From assembly GCF_004010195.1 (NCBI RefSeq), contig NC_057756.1, forward strand, positions 7,975,707 to 8,033,649: a DNA stretch of 57,943 nucleotides. Direction: 5' to 3'. The translations under genes and the position numbers were made by a program. The notes below the pieces were generated by a model. The model had not been told where the DNA came from and made no database searches. It saw only the letters and a program-made list of their open reading frames with translations. Positions 12,970 through 23,339 of this stretch are shown in pieces; positions within the stretch are counted from its first letter, which is position 1; the number at the start of each line of letters is the position of its first letter. The DNA is from Chiloscyllium plagiosum (Eukaryota).

Positions 12970-13140
12970 ATCTCTATTGGGATTGGGTTCGCCAAGGTGC
13001 CATTCTAGGGACAGTTGGTAGTGGGGGTGGGCGGGAAAGTTTGAACCTGTAACGAGCATGGCCGCTGGGCGCGCGCGAGGGAAGCCAACCGTCACCTCTG
13101 GCCCTGCCCACCATTTGGGAGGTTTTTTTCCCGCGGGTGA
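12970..13140 (+). promoter_or_regulatory. Candidate CpG-rich cell-cycle-type promoter (two reverse CCAAT boxes, E2F/CDE-CHR, second E2F site)
   Basis: ATTGG at 12976 and 12982. GGCGGGAAA at 13030-13038 followed by TTTGAA at 13040-13045. TTTCCCGC at 13127-13134. Local CpG enrichment (gcgcgcgcg). Confidence 0.45.
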
Positions 13141-13603
13141 GAGTTCCCCTTCACCCCAGAGAGCGGGAGCTGACGGCAGAGGGAGGTGGGAATGAGGGCA
13201 GAGAGGGTTTGCGCAGCCGATTGTGAAACTTTTAAACGTCAGGAGGAGTTTGTTTGGAAATCGGCAGGTGATTGGAATTGAGCACACTTTGACCCTCAAA
13301 GGTATGCATGTGTTCATTTCGATGTGAGCGAGGGAGGAGGATGTGAGGGAAAGAGAGGGACCTGAGGGTGGGTATAGGCGAGGGGCGGGATGTGAGGATG
13401 ACGACCATGAGGGAGTCGAGGATGGAATGTATGCGTTGGAGATGTGAGGGAGGGAGCGTCATGGAGGGGAAGGTGAGCATGAAGGGTGGAACAGAGGGGG
13501 AGGGGAAAGCACTGAGGATGAGGGAAGTGAGGAGGGAGGTACCTGAGGGGGAGGACAGAGGGAATGTCAGAGAGCGGGAAGGAGGAGGGTGCCATGGGGA
13601 TGG

Positions 13604-14281
13604 TGTGGGATATAGGTAATGTTACTTCTGCAATCATACTTACTTATGCAAGGTAAATGAACTCGCACCAGTGTATAATTGTTTCAGCCAAGAGCTGAGT
13701 CAACAAGATTGGAAACTATGTGAAGGAAATACATAATTGTTTTTGTATTAGCTGAAATGTGCCTGCAAAGAATGATAGATGTTACAGACAAATAGATAAG
13801 GTGCTGTGAGGGGAGGGGGTTAAGCTAGATACGCCTGTACAAATTGTAGTTATAAGCATCTGTTTCCCGCTTCTGCAAAAGCAAGAACAAACTACAATCC
13901 AGAAGTCATGAGGTCATAAGGTTATAACAAGTAAGGGAGGATATACCTAACGATGGCCCACAGCAGGATGTGGTCAAACGGCCTTGTGAGGCCAGACATA
14001 AGCATTTTGCCACAGACAAGCCCGGATAAGGCAAGAGATGAACAAGAGTAATGGGCGCCGGTCGTAGAGAGGTGGGAGATGTAAACAGAGGAGCAATGGG
14101 AGGAGAGAATAGGAACCACATTACATAAATGTTGTGTACTAGTTGAATTCAGTGTGTGTGTGTCTCTGCCTTGTGGACAGTGGACACCACACCCTCTTGC
14201 AAGAGTAAAGTAAATGACATGACTGATTCAGATCTTGTCTCGGACTGAAATTATTGACGTGAGTGAGCTTTGTTTCTCACA
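13604..14281 (+). repeat. 5' LTR of the ERV (678 bp)
   Basis: TGTGGGA...TCTCACA inverted termini. Direct repeat of 16422-17091. Confidence 0.95.
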
Positions 14282-14283
14282 AT

Positions 14284-14301
14284 TGGGGGCTTGTCCAGGA
14301 T
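14284..14301 (+). promoter_or_regulatory. Primer binding site, tRNA-Pro type
   Basis: TGGGGGCTTGTCCAGGAT versus the canonical Pro PBS TGGGGGCTCGTCCGGGAT. Both mismatches are CpG-type transitions. Confidence 0.88.
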
Positions 14302-14344
14302 GTTCTTCCATCGCCGGGGGGAGTGGCTGGCCCTGGACACTCTG

Positions 14345-14437
14345 ATCAAAGGGCCAGTGGAATCTCCAGTTGAGGAAGAGGTCTGGACAGCCGAATCAAT
14401 GCACGAACCACTGAAACTCAGGCTAAAGAGACTTTGA
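14345..14437 (+). pseudogene. pol: C-terminal ~30 codons of retroviral integrase (end of pol)
   Basis: IKGPVESPVEEEVWTAESMHEPLKLRLKRL-stop resembles the W-x7-PLK(L/I)RL-x-R end of gammaretroviral-type integrases. Confidence 0.7.
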
Positions 14438-14529
14438 GTAACTGATTATACAGTGGCGACATGAACGTGGGATTATTTCTGTAGGATTGTATATTAAGTC
14501 TTTTTGTGCGTCAGCACGTTTTTTTTAGA

Positions 14530-16368
14530 ATGCTGGGGATGCTTAGGGTTATGATACAAGCTCTCCTAATATTGGGATATTGTCAAACATTATTTCCATA
14601 TGTGTTCCTGAGTCTGATAATCCACAAGTAATAGACACTGATGCATGTAGCTTAGTAAATTGTGGGGATGTAGATCATCAGAGACAGCACTAAGCTCAGA
14701 GATACATCTTACGTCCTATGGGGAAGGCCTTGGGGATGGTACTTGATATAATGGTCTCGTCACAGTACACCGGGCCCCCTTCCGACCAGCTCGCGATTGT
14801 CCCGATAAAAAGTGTAACCCAATATACCTAACGATAAAGAAGACCACATGGCATGAAGCAATTCTGGGGGGGCACCTATGAGATACAATTAGATGAAACA
14901 TTTGGGATAGAAATGAAAGCAAACGGGAATGATTTCTCAGGCTGTTGTTTTTGAATTAGTGTAGGACAGGGAAAATGGGTAGAACTACTTGATAATAAGG
15001 TACAACGTTTCACCCCTCCTGATGACCCTAAAGTAGTCAAAATTATAGAGGTAAAGGACTTGAAACAGACCATCAAAATAGAAACTGGGTACGGGGATGC
15101 AAATGCCTGGGTTGAATGGGTAAAGTATACTGTAAAAAGTCTGAACAAGAGCCATTGCTATGCATGTGCCTCCGGTAGGCCAGTGGCCCAGGTGGGTCCC
15201 TTTCAGCTCGGGTGGAAGCGAGACAGGAAGGGCATGAAATGTATGATAGCCCTGTATCAGGATGAGGCTGCATGGAATGACAGGAACTGTACCTCCCTAT
15301 CTCTGATGTTCCCTCCCTTGGAGAAAAAAGACTTAAAAGCCCCCCCCCACGTTTTCAGCCACAGTTGGAAATCACACGTCATGTGTGCATAGACGAGGTA
15401 CAAATCGGTCTAGAGATTTGGGGGAGCTGAAATTGTGTACAGAGATTAAGAATGTCACCAAAACGGAGAAGGGAGGGAACTACTCAGCACTAAAGGTTCC
15501 CCGAGCGGATCTGTGGTGGTACTGTGGAGGCAAAATATAGAGACCCACCCTCCCTCCGGATTGGAGAGGGATATGTGCAATTGGCAATTCCATTTACCCT
15601 GGCATTTGAGAAGGAAAAGATAGGAGAGAAAAATGGAAGGAGTAAGAGATCACTGTTAGACACCTCTTTCGATGGCAGGATTTATCTAGACTCTATAGGA
15701 GTCCCTGGGGGGTTACCTAATGAGTTCAAGGTTCTCAACCAGACTGCAGCAGGCTTTGCGTCAGCTCTCTTCTGGTGGGTAACAATTAATAAAAATGTAG
15801 ATTGGATACATTCCATTTTCTATAATCAACAGTGATTTATAAATTATACAAGAGATGCGGTTAAAGGAATATCAGAACAGCTTGATGCGACAAGTAGGAT
15901 GGCATGGGAAAACAGAATGGCCCTTGATATAATTCTAGGGGGAAAAGGGTGTGTGTGTGTGTGATGTTAGGAAGAAGCTGTTGTACCTTTATTCCTAATA
16001 GCACTGTGCCTGATGGTTCAATTACTTAGGCCTTAAGGGGATTAACTTCCTGAGCAGAGGAACTGGCTGAGAAGTCAGGAGTAGACACATCTCTCACAGG
16101 ATGGCTTGAATCACGGTTTGGAAAATTGAAGGGGGTGGTGGTTTCCGTCCTTACTTCCCTGAGAGTGGTAGCAGGGGTATTGGTAGCCATTGGCTGTTGT
16201 ATCATACCCTATTTACAAGGGCTAACCCAGAGACTGATTGTGACAACCTTAATGAAACAAATGTCCCTAAAGAGCATTCGGAGAGAAGGGCTCTACCTGT
16301 TAAACAATGAAAGAATAAGTGACCTCAGGGAGATTTCCAAAATAAATGAAATTTTGTGTAAGAAGTGA
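14530..16368 (+). pseudogene. env: Gamma-type retroviral envelope gene, disrupted by stops and frameshifts (ERVPb1/fish-ERV-like)
   Basis: Signal-like MLGMLRVMIQALLILGYC, DACSLVNCG, CNP, CXXC (CYAC), furin site RSKR, LDSIGVPGGLPNEFK, ISD-like WENRMALD, CX6CC (CVMLGRSCC), and a TM followed by GCC. The start coordinate is approximate. Confidence 0.9.
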
Positions 16369-16403
16369 CATCAGAAAAATGCAGAAGGTAACAAATGATA
16401 ATT

Positions 16404-16420
16404 AAAGAAAAAGGGGGAAA
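16404..16420 (+). promoter_or_regulatory. Polypurine tract of the ERV
   Basis: AAAGAAAAAGGGGGAAA immediately before the 3' LTR. Confidence 0.9.
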
Positions 16421-16421
16421 T

Positions 16422-17091
16422 TGTGGGATATAGGTAATGTTACTTCTGCAATCATATTTACTTATGCAAGGTAAATGAACTCGCACCAGTGTATAATTGT
16501 TTCAGCCAAGAGCTGAGTCAACAAGATTGGAAACTATGTGAAGGAAATACATAATTGTTTTTGTATTAGTTGAAATGTGCCTATAAAGAATGATAGATGT
16601 TACAGACAAATAGATAAGGTACTGTGAGGGGAGGGGGTTAAGCTAGATACGCCTGTACAAACAGTAGGTATAAGCATCTGTCTCCCGCTTCTGCAAAAGC
16701 AAGAACAAACCACAATCAAGAGGTCATGAGGTCATAAGGTCATACAAGTAAGGGAGGATATACCTAACGATGGCCCACAGCAGGATGTGGTCAAACGGCC
16801 TCATGATGCCAGAAATAAGCATTTTGTCACAGACAAGGCTGGATAAGGCAAGAGATGAACAAGAGTAATGGGCGCTGGTCTTAGAGAGGTGCGGGATGTA
16901 AACAGGGGAGCAATGGGAGGAGAGAATAGGAACCAAATTACATAAATGTTGTGTACTAGTTAAATTCAGTGTGTGTGTCCCTGCCTTGCAGACAGTGGAC
17001 TCCACACCCTCTTGCAAGAGTAAATGACACTACTGATTCAGATCTTGTCTCGGACTGAAATTATTGACGTGAGTGAGCTTTGTTTCTCACA
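16422..17091 (+). repeat. 3' LTR of the ERV (670 bp)
   Basis: About 95% identical to the 5' LTR by manual comparison. TG...CA ends. Confidence 0.95.
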
Positions 17092-17456
17092 ATGGTGTCT
17101 GTGAAAGGACTAGTACTGTTGAGGAGGGTGCTGTGTGGTGTTTGCGGTGGGGGTGAGGAGAAAGGTGTGGTGAGGTGTAAGCTTTGTGAGCGATGGGTGC
17201 TTTTTGTTGGGATGTGTCTGAGAGGGAAGGAGGTGACACATTCTTTAAACAAAAGGATAAGGTAAAAAGGCAGCTGTTCCCTGGTGTATTCTCCATGGCA
17301 ACATTTCAACACATTGCTAACCAATTGGTCCCTATATTTTCATACAGTATAAATTGTTGTTCCCTTTGAAACTTGGTATTCCTGCATCTGTCCTGATGAG
17401 TGCAAGATGAAAAACCTGACGCCATGTCACTTGTTTCAGCAAGACTCCAGTTCTTT

Positions 17457-17586
17457 CCATTCCTGAAGAAGGGCTTATGCCCGAAACGCCGATTCTCCTG
17501 TTCCCTGGATGCTGCCTGACCTGCTGCGCTTTTCCAGCAACACATTTCCAGCTCTGATCTCCAGCATCTGCAGACCTCACTTTCTC
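17457..17586 (+). mobile_element. Short hammerhead-bearing Penelope-derived repeat
   Basis: ctgaagaagggcttatgcccgaaacgcc. 12-bp TSD ctccagttcttt at 17445-17456 and 17587-17598. Confidence 0.8.
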
Positions 17587-17774
17587 CTCCAGTTCTTTTC
17601 AGCCAAGTATTAGCCGGGGATGGGCTTTTGCTGAATGAGACTGCGAATGCAGGTAAGACTTCTGGGTCAAGTCCTTCCGGTTTGGATTTGTGAAGCTTTC
17701 CTCCCTCTCTCCTTTGCATTTTGTTATCATTTTGAAGTTTAGATTTTAAAACTGTATTTTTAATTTCAAAAATA

Positions 17775-17965
17775 TTAGATTAGATTAGCTTACTTACAAT
17801 GTGGAACTAGGCCCTTCGGCCCAACAATTCCACACCGACCCTCTGAAAAGCAACCCACCCAGACCTATTCCCCTACATTTACCCCTTCGTCTAACACTAC
17901 GGGCAATTTAGCCTGGCCAATTCACCTAACCTGCACATCTTTAGACTGTGGGAGGAAACCAGAGC
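17775..17965 (-). mobile_element. HE1-like SINE, 3' part
   Basis: Reverse complement of the 47465-47730 copy (gatgtgcaggttaggtgaattggcca...ctaatctaa tail). Confidence 0.8.
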
Positions 17966-18284
17966 TTTCATAAAAAAAAATCCTATGCATATAAACATTG
18001 TCACAAATTCAGTTTGGTTCTGTACAGTAGGATATCAAGTAAACAAACAAATGTATGAGTTTGACTTTATCTCAACAAACCAAACCAAAGGCAACACTTT
18101 CATGCACAAGATTATATTCAGATGTTGAGGCACTAGGAGGGTTTGATAACTGAAAGCACCCCCAGTTAATTTCATGAAGACCTCAGTCAGTGGTCTTTCC
18201 CCACTGTACCTTGGCAGCAGATGCCCCAAGCTTTTATGCATCCTGGGAGAACCTTAGGCAAGGCGCAGTGGCATATGATCACTG

Positions 18285-18408
18285 AGGAGAAAGTGAGGAC
18301 TGCAGATGCTGGAGATCAGAGCTGAAAATGTGTTGCTGGAAAAGCGCAGCAGGTCAGGCAGCATCCAGGGAACAGGAGAATCGACGTTTCGGGCATAAGC
18401 CCTTCTTC
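18285..18408 (-). mobile_element. Short hammerhead-bearing Penelope-derived repeat
   Basis: Near-identical reverse complement of 17459-17590. Confidence 0.8.
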
Positions 18409-19140
18409 ATAGATCATAGAAGAATACAGCGCAGTACAGGCCCTTCGGCCCTCGATATTGCGCCGATCCAAGCCCACCTAACCTACACTAGCCCACTATC
18501 CTCCATATGCCTATCCAATGCCCGCTTAAATGCCCATAATGAGGGAGANNNNNNNNNNNNNNNNNNNNNNNNNNNNNNNNNNNNNNNNNNNNNNNNNNNN
18601 NNNNNNNNNNNNNNNNNNNNNNNNNNNNNNNNNNNNNNNNNNNNNNNNNNNNNNNNNNNNNNNNNNNNNNNNNNNNNNNNNNNNNNNNNNNNNNNNNNNN
18701 NNNNNNNNNNNNNNNNNNNNNNNNNNNNNNNNNNNNNNNNNNNNNNNNNNNNNNNNNNNNNNNNNNNNNNNNNNNNNNNNNNNNNNNNNNNNNNNNNNNN
18801 NNNNNNNNNNNNNNNNNNNNNNNNNNNNNNNNNNNCTGAGTAAAGAATCTACCCCCAACATCTGTCCTATACCTACCCCCGCTTAATTTAAAGCTATGCC
18901 CCCTTGTTATAGCTGACTCCATACGTGGAAAAAGATTCTCACTGTCGTCCCTATCTAAACCCCTAATCATCTTTTACACCTCTATCAAGTCACCCCTAAA
19001 CCTTCTTTTCTCCAATGAAAACAGCCCCAAGTGCCTCAGCCTTTCCTCATACGATCTTCCTACCATACCAGGCAACATCCTGGTAAACCTCCTCTGCACC
19101 CGTTCCAGTGCCTCCACATCCTTCCTATAGTATGGCGACC
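18409..19140 (-). mobile_element. Young CR1 LINE 3' end spanning an assembly gap (N 18549-18835)
   Basis: MIRGLDR...LFPR...RGHSFKL...RFFTQ. The tail is nearly identical to 41700-41822. Confidence 0.85.
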
Positions 19141-19741
19141 TGTCCTACTATTCATTGTCGGGTCTTACGATCCAGATGGTGCAGTTCACGAACTAACAGT
19201 GATGCATCAGCTCTGGGTACTCTCAATGAACCCTCTGTAGAATGTGGTATCAAAACTAGAGAACTTCGAGAAATAAAGTGATATCTTGAAAAGCGTTCAT
19301 ATTACAGTGGAGGTGGTGCTTGATGTCTTGAAACCCACAAAGATGGATTAATCCCCAGTACAATTACAACATTTAAATGGCATCTGGATGGGTACATGGT
19401 TAGGAAGGGTTTAGAGGGATATCGACTAATTGCTGGCAAATGGGACTAGATTAAGTTATGCTATATGGTCGGCATGGACAAGTTGGACTGAAGCGTCTGT
19501 TTCTGTGTTGTGTTACTCCCAAGTGCCAGGGTTCGTGATGTGTCTAGTGTTTTTGGGATCCTTGAGGGAGAAGGGGAGCAGCCGCAAGTTGTGGTCTACA
19601 TAAGCACCAACGACATAGATAGGAAGAAAGGTGGGGATCTAAGGCAGGAATTCAGAGAGGTATGGTGGAAGCTTAGAGCTAAAACACATAGAGTTGTTAT
19701 CTCTGGTTTGTTGCCCATGCCATGCGCTATTGAAGCGAGGA

Positions 19742-20322
19742 ACTACTACAAAACCTACCAACACCCTAAAACAGTAGCTGATGAACTTGAAAGACCCAAT
19801 GCATACAACAAACAAAAGTAATGTAATTTGCAAAATACTTTGCAAGAACTACATTGGACAAACAGACAGAAAACTAGCCGCCGGGACATATGAATTTCAA
19901 TTAGCCACAAAAAAAATGACCCACTCTCATTACTATCTTCAGATATAGAGAGGAAGGATACCACTTTGACTGGGCCAACAAATCCATCATAGGAGAAGTC
20001 AAACAGAGACATGCACTAGAATTCCTAGAAGCATGGCACTCCAACCAAAACTCCCATCAACAAACACATTGACTTGGATCCCATTTACAACCTTGAGAAA
20101 AGGAATAGGAAATGACATCACTACAGGAAATGGCATCACCAACCCAAGGAAACCTAAACACGTAAATAAAAAGCGGGCCGTACCAACAGTGCATCACCGG
20201 CAGCTCACTGATGATGTTACGTGGTATGGTGATGAAACATCTGAAAATGAACCTCTTAGTTCAGCGCCCAAACTTACATCCAGAACCTCAAACTGAGCTA
20301 CAAATCTTGTCAAAACCGGCCT
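19742..20322 (+). mobile_element. Penelope-like 3' fragment inserted in the CR1
   Basis: Homologous to the reverse complement of 1570-2150. Hammerhead-like CTGATGA...GAAACATC at 20208-20241. Confidence 0.85.
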
Positions 20323-21384
20323 TTAGGATGTTGGTTTCAAATGTGTGTACTCCAAGGCCAGGAGCATCTGGAATAAGGTGGGTGGACTTGCAGCATGGGT
20401 GGTACCTGGGATTTCGATATTGTGGCCACTTCAGAGACATGGCTAGAGGAGGGACAGGAATGGTTGTTGCAGATTCTGGAATTTAGATGTTTCAGTAAGA
20501 ACAGAGAAGATGGTAAAGGCAGGGGAGGTGTGGCCTTGATAATCAAGGGTAGTATTACAGCAGCCGAGACTCATCCACTGAGGTCGCTTTGGCTGAGGTT
20601 AGAAACCGGAAAGGAGAGGTCACAATGTTGGGAGTTTTCCAGAGGTGTCTGAATTGTTCCAGGGATGTAGAGGAAATGATAGCAAAGATGATTCTTGATA
20701 GGAGCAAGAGTAACAGGGTAGTTGTTATGGGTGACTTTAACTTCCCAATATTGACTGGGAATATTATAGTACAAGTCATTTAGATGGGTCAGTTTTTGTT
20801 CAATATGCGCAGGAGGGTTTTCTGACACAGAATGTAGACAGGCCAACAAGGGGCGATTCTATATTGGGTTTGGTACTGGGGAATGAACCTGGTCAGGTGA
20901 TAGATTTGGAGGTAGGTGAACACTTTGGCGATAGTGACCACAATTTGGTTATGTTTACAATAGCAATGGGCAGGGATAGGTATATACCGCAGGGAAAGAG
21001 GTATATCTGAGAGAAAGGCAATTATGATGTGATTAGGCGAGAGTTAGAATGGGGGAGGAAACTGCAGGAATGGACACGCTTGAAATGTAGAGCTTACTCA
21101 AAGAACAGCTACTGCGGGTCCTTGATAAGTATGCAATTACCAGGCAGGGAGATAGTTATCGAGAGAGGGGTAATGGTTTACGAAAGAAATTTGAAGCTCT
21201 TGTCAAGAGGAAGAAGAGGCTTATGTTGAGTACGAGGCATGAAGGCTCAGTTAGGGGGCTTAAGAGTTATAAGTTAGCTAGAAAAGATCGAAAGAGAGGG
21301 CTAAGAAGAGGAAGGGATATGAGAAATTGTTGGCTGATAGGATCACAGATGTATCAGGAATAAAAGAATGACTACAGTAAGATG

Positions 21385-21614
21385 AGAGCTGGAAATGTGT
21401 TGCTGGAAAAGCGCAGCAGGTCAGGCAGCATCCAAGGAGCAGGAGAATCGATGTTTCGGGCATGAGCCCTTCTTCAGGAAACTTGATTCCTGAAGAAGAG
21501 CTCATGCCCGAAACGTCGATTCTCCTGCTCCTTGGATGCTGCCGGACCTGCTGCGCTTTTTCAGCAACACATTTTCAGCTCTGATCTCCAGCATCTGCAG
21601 TCCTCACTTTTTCC
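21385..21614. mobile_element. Head-to-head inverted pair of hammerhead-bearing repeats inserted in the CR1
   Basis: Arms of ~96 bp at 21385-21480 and 21487-21582. Direct repeat ctacagtaagatgagagc at 21372-21389 and 21615-21632. Confidence 0.85.
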
Positions 21615-23339
21615 CTACAGTAAGATGAGAGCCAATCAAAGGTAGAGGTGGGGAGCTGTGTGTGGATTCTGAGGACATCGGGGAAGTGCTTAATGAATAC
21701 TTTTCATCAGTATTCACATTGGAAAAGGGCAATGTTAGTGAGAATACGGAGATGCAGGCTACTAGATTGGATGGGATTGTGTTTGACAAAGAGGCGGTTT
21801 TAACAATTTTGGAAGATCTGAAAATAGATGCGACCCCTAGGCCAGGTGGGATTTGACCTTGGATTCTCTGGGAAGCCAGGGAAGCGATTACAGGGCCTTT
21901 TGCTTTGATCTTTATATCGTCATTGTCGATAGGAGTAGGGCCAGAAGACTGGAGGATAGCAAATGTTGTTCCCCTGTTTAAGAAGGGGAGTCGGGACAAC
22001 CCTGGTAATTATAGACCAGTGAGCCTTACTTCGGTTGTGGGTGAACTATTGGAAAAGGTTATAAGAGATAGTAATTATAATCATCTGGAAAGGAATAATT
22101 TGATTAGGGATAGTCAACACAGTTTTGTGAAGGGTAAGTCGTGCCTCACAAACCATTAAGTTCTTCAAGAAGGTGATAAAAAAGGTGGATGAAGGTAAAG
22201 CGATTGATGTGGTTCCACAGGGTAGACTAATGCACAAAATACCGAGTTTCGGGATTGAAGGTGCTTTAGCAGTTTGGATCAGAAACTGACTAGCTGAAAG
22301 AAGACAGAGGGTGGTAGTAGATGGAAAATGTTCATCGTGGAGTTCAGTGGTGTGTCGCAAAGATCTGTTTTGGGGCCAGTGCTGATTGTCATTTTTGTAA
22401 ATTATTTGGATGTAGGCGTAGAAGGATGGGTTCGTAAATTTGCAAAGACATTAAGGTCGGTAGAGTTGTGGATAGTGATAAAGGATAATGTAGGTTACGG
22501 ATAGACATAGATAAGCTGCAGAGTTGGGCTGAGAGGTGGCAGATGGAGTTTAATATGTAAAAGTGTAATTATTCACTTTGGAAGGAGTAACAGGAATGCA
22601 CAGTGTTGGGGTAATGGTAAAATTCTTGGCAGTGAAGATGCATAGAGAGATCTTGGTGTCAACGTGCATAAATCACTGAAAGTTGCTACCCAGATTGATA
22701 GGGTTGTTAAGAAGGCATATCCTGTGTTGGCATTTATTGGTAGGACATTTGTGTTTCAGAGCCACAAGGTTATGCTTCAGCTGGACAAGACAATGTTAAG
22801 GCTGCACCTGGAGTATTGCGTACAGTTCTGGTCACCACAATACAGGAAGGATGTGGAAGCTTTGGAAAGGATTCATAGGAGATTTACTAGGATGTTGCCT
22901 GGTATGGAAGGAAGGTCTTATGAGGAAAACCTGAGGAAACTGAGGCTGTTTTCGTTGGAGAGAAAGTTGAGAGGTGACTTAATTGGGATATGAAATAATC
23001 AGAGGGTTAGATAGGGTGGATAGTGAGAGTCTTTTTCCTTAGATGGTGAAAGTTAACATGAGGAGATATAGCTTTAAATTGAGGGGTGATAGATTCAGGA
23101 CAGATATCAGGGTAGTTTCTTTACTCAGTAGTAAGGGCATGGTACAGCCCGCCTGCAACAGTAGTAGACTCGCTGATGTTAAGGGCATCTAAATGGTCAT
23201 TGGACATACCTATGGATAATAATGGAACGGTGTAGGTTAGATGGCCATCAGATTAATTTCATAGGTTGGCACAACATCGAGGGCTGAACGCTGTGACATT
23301 CTATGTTCTGTATCTCTATGACTGTATGACTTGATCATG

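Larger units (their letters stand above)
13604..17091 (+). mobile_element. Endogenous retrovirus, LTR-env-LTR provirus lacking gag, protease and RT
   Basis: Paired LTRs, 4-bp TSD ATGG (13600-13603 and 17092-17095), PBS, PPT, integrase tail and gamma-type env. Confidence 0.93.
19510..23330 (+). mobile_element. Long CR1 LINE (ORF1 esterase remnant, ORF2 APE endonuclease + RT), degenerate and interrupted
   Basis: SGNH-like ARVRD...VVVYISTND (19510-19740). ETW, MGDFNFP and SDH endonuclease motifs. PGNYRPVSLTSV and GKSCLTN RT motifs. HLEYCVQFWSP and a 3' tail. Confidence 0.9.

Noticed and set aside
13232..13637. Overlapping Pro/Leu-rich and Gly/Glu-rich ORFs
   Set aside because: Products of low-complexity GA-rich sequence.
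14530..16368. Domesticated syncytin-like env gene
   Set aside because: Multiple stops and frameshifts; this copy cannot encode a full Env.
18328..18970. Long ORFs containing X runs (also 41323-41696)
   Set aside because: Artefacts of translating through N gaps.
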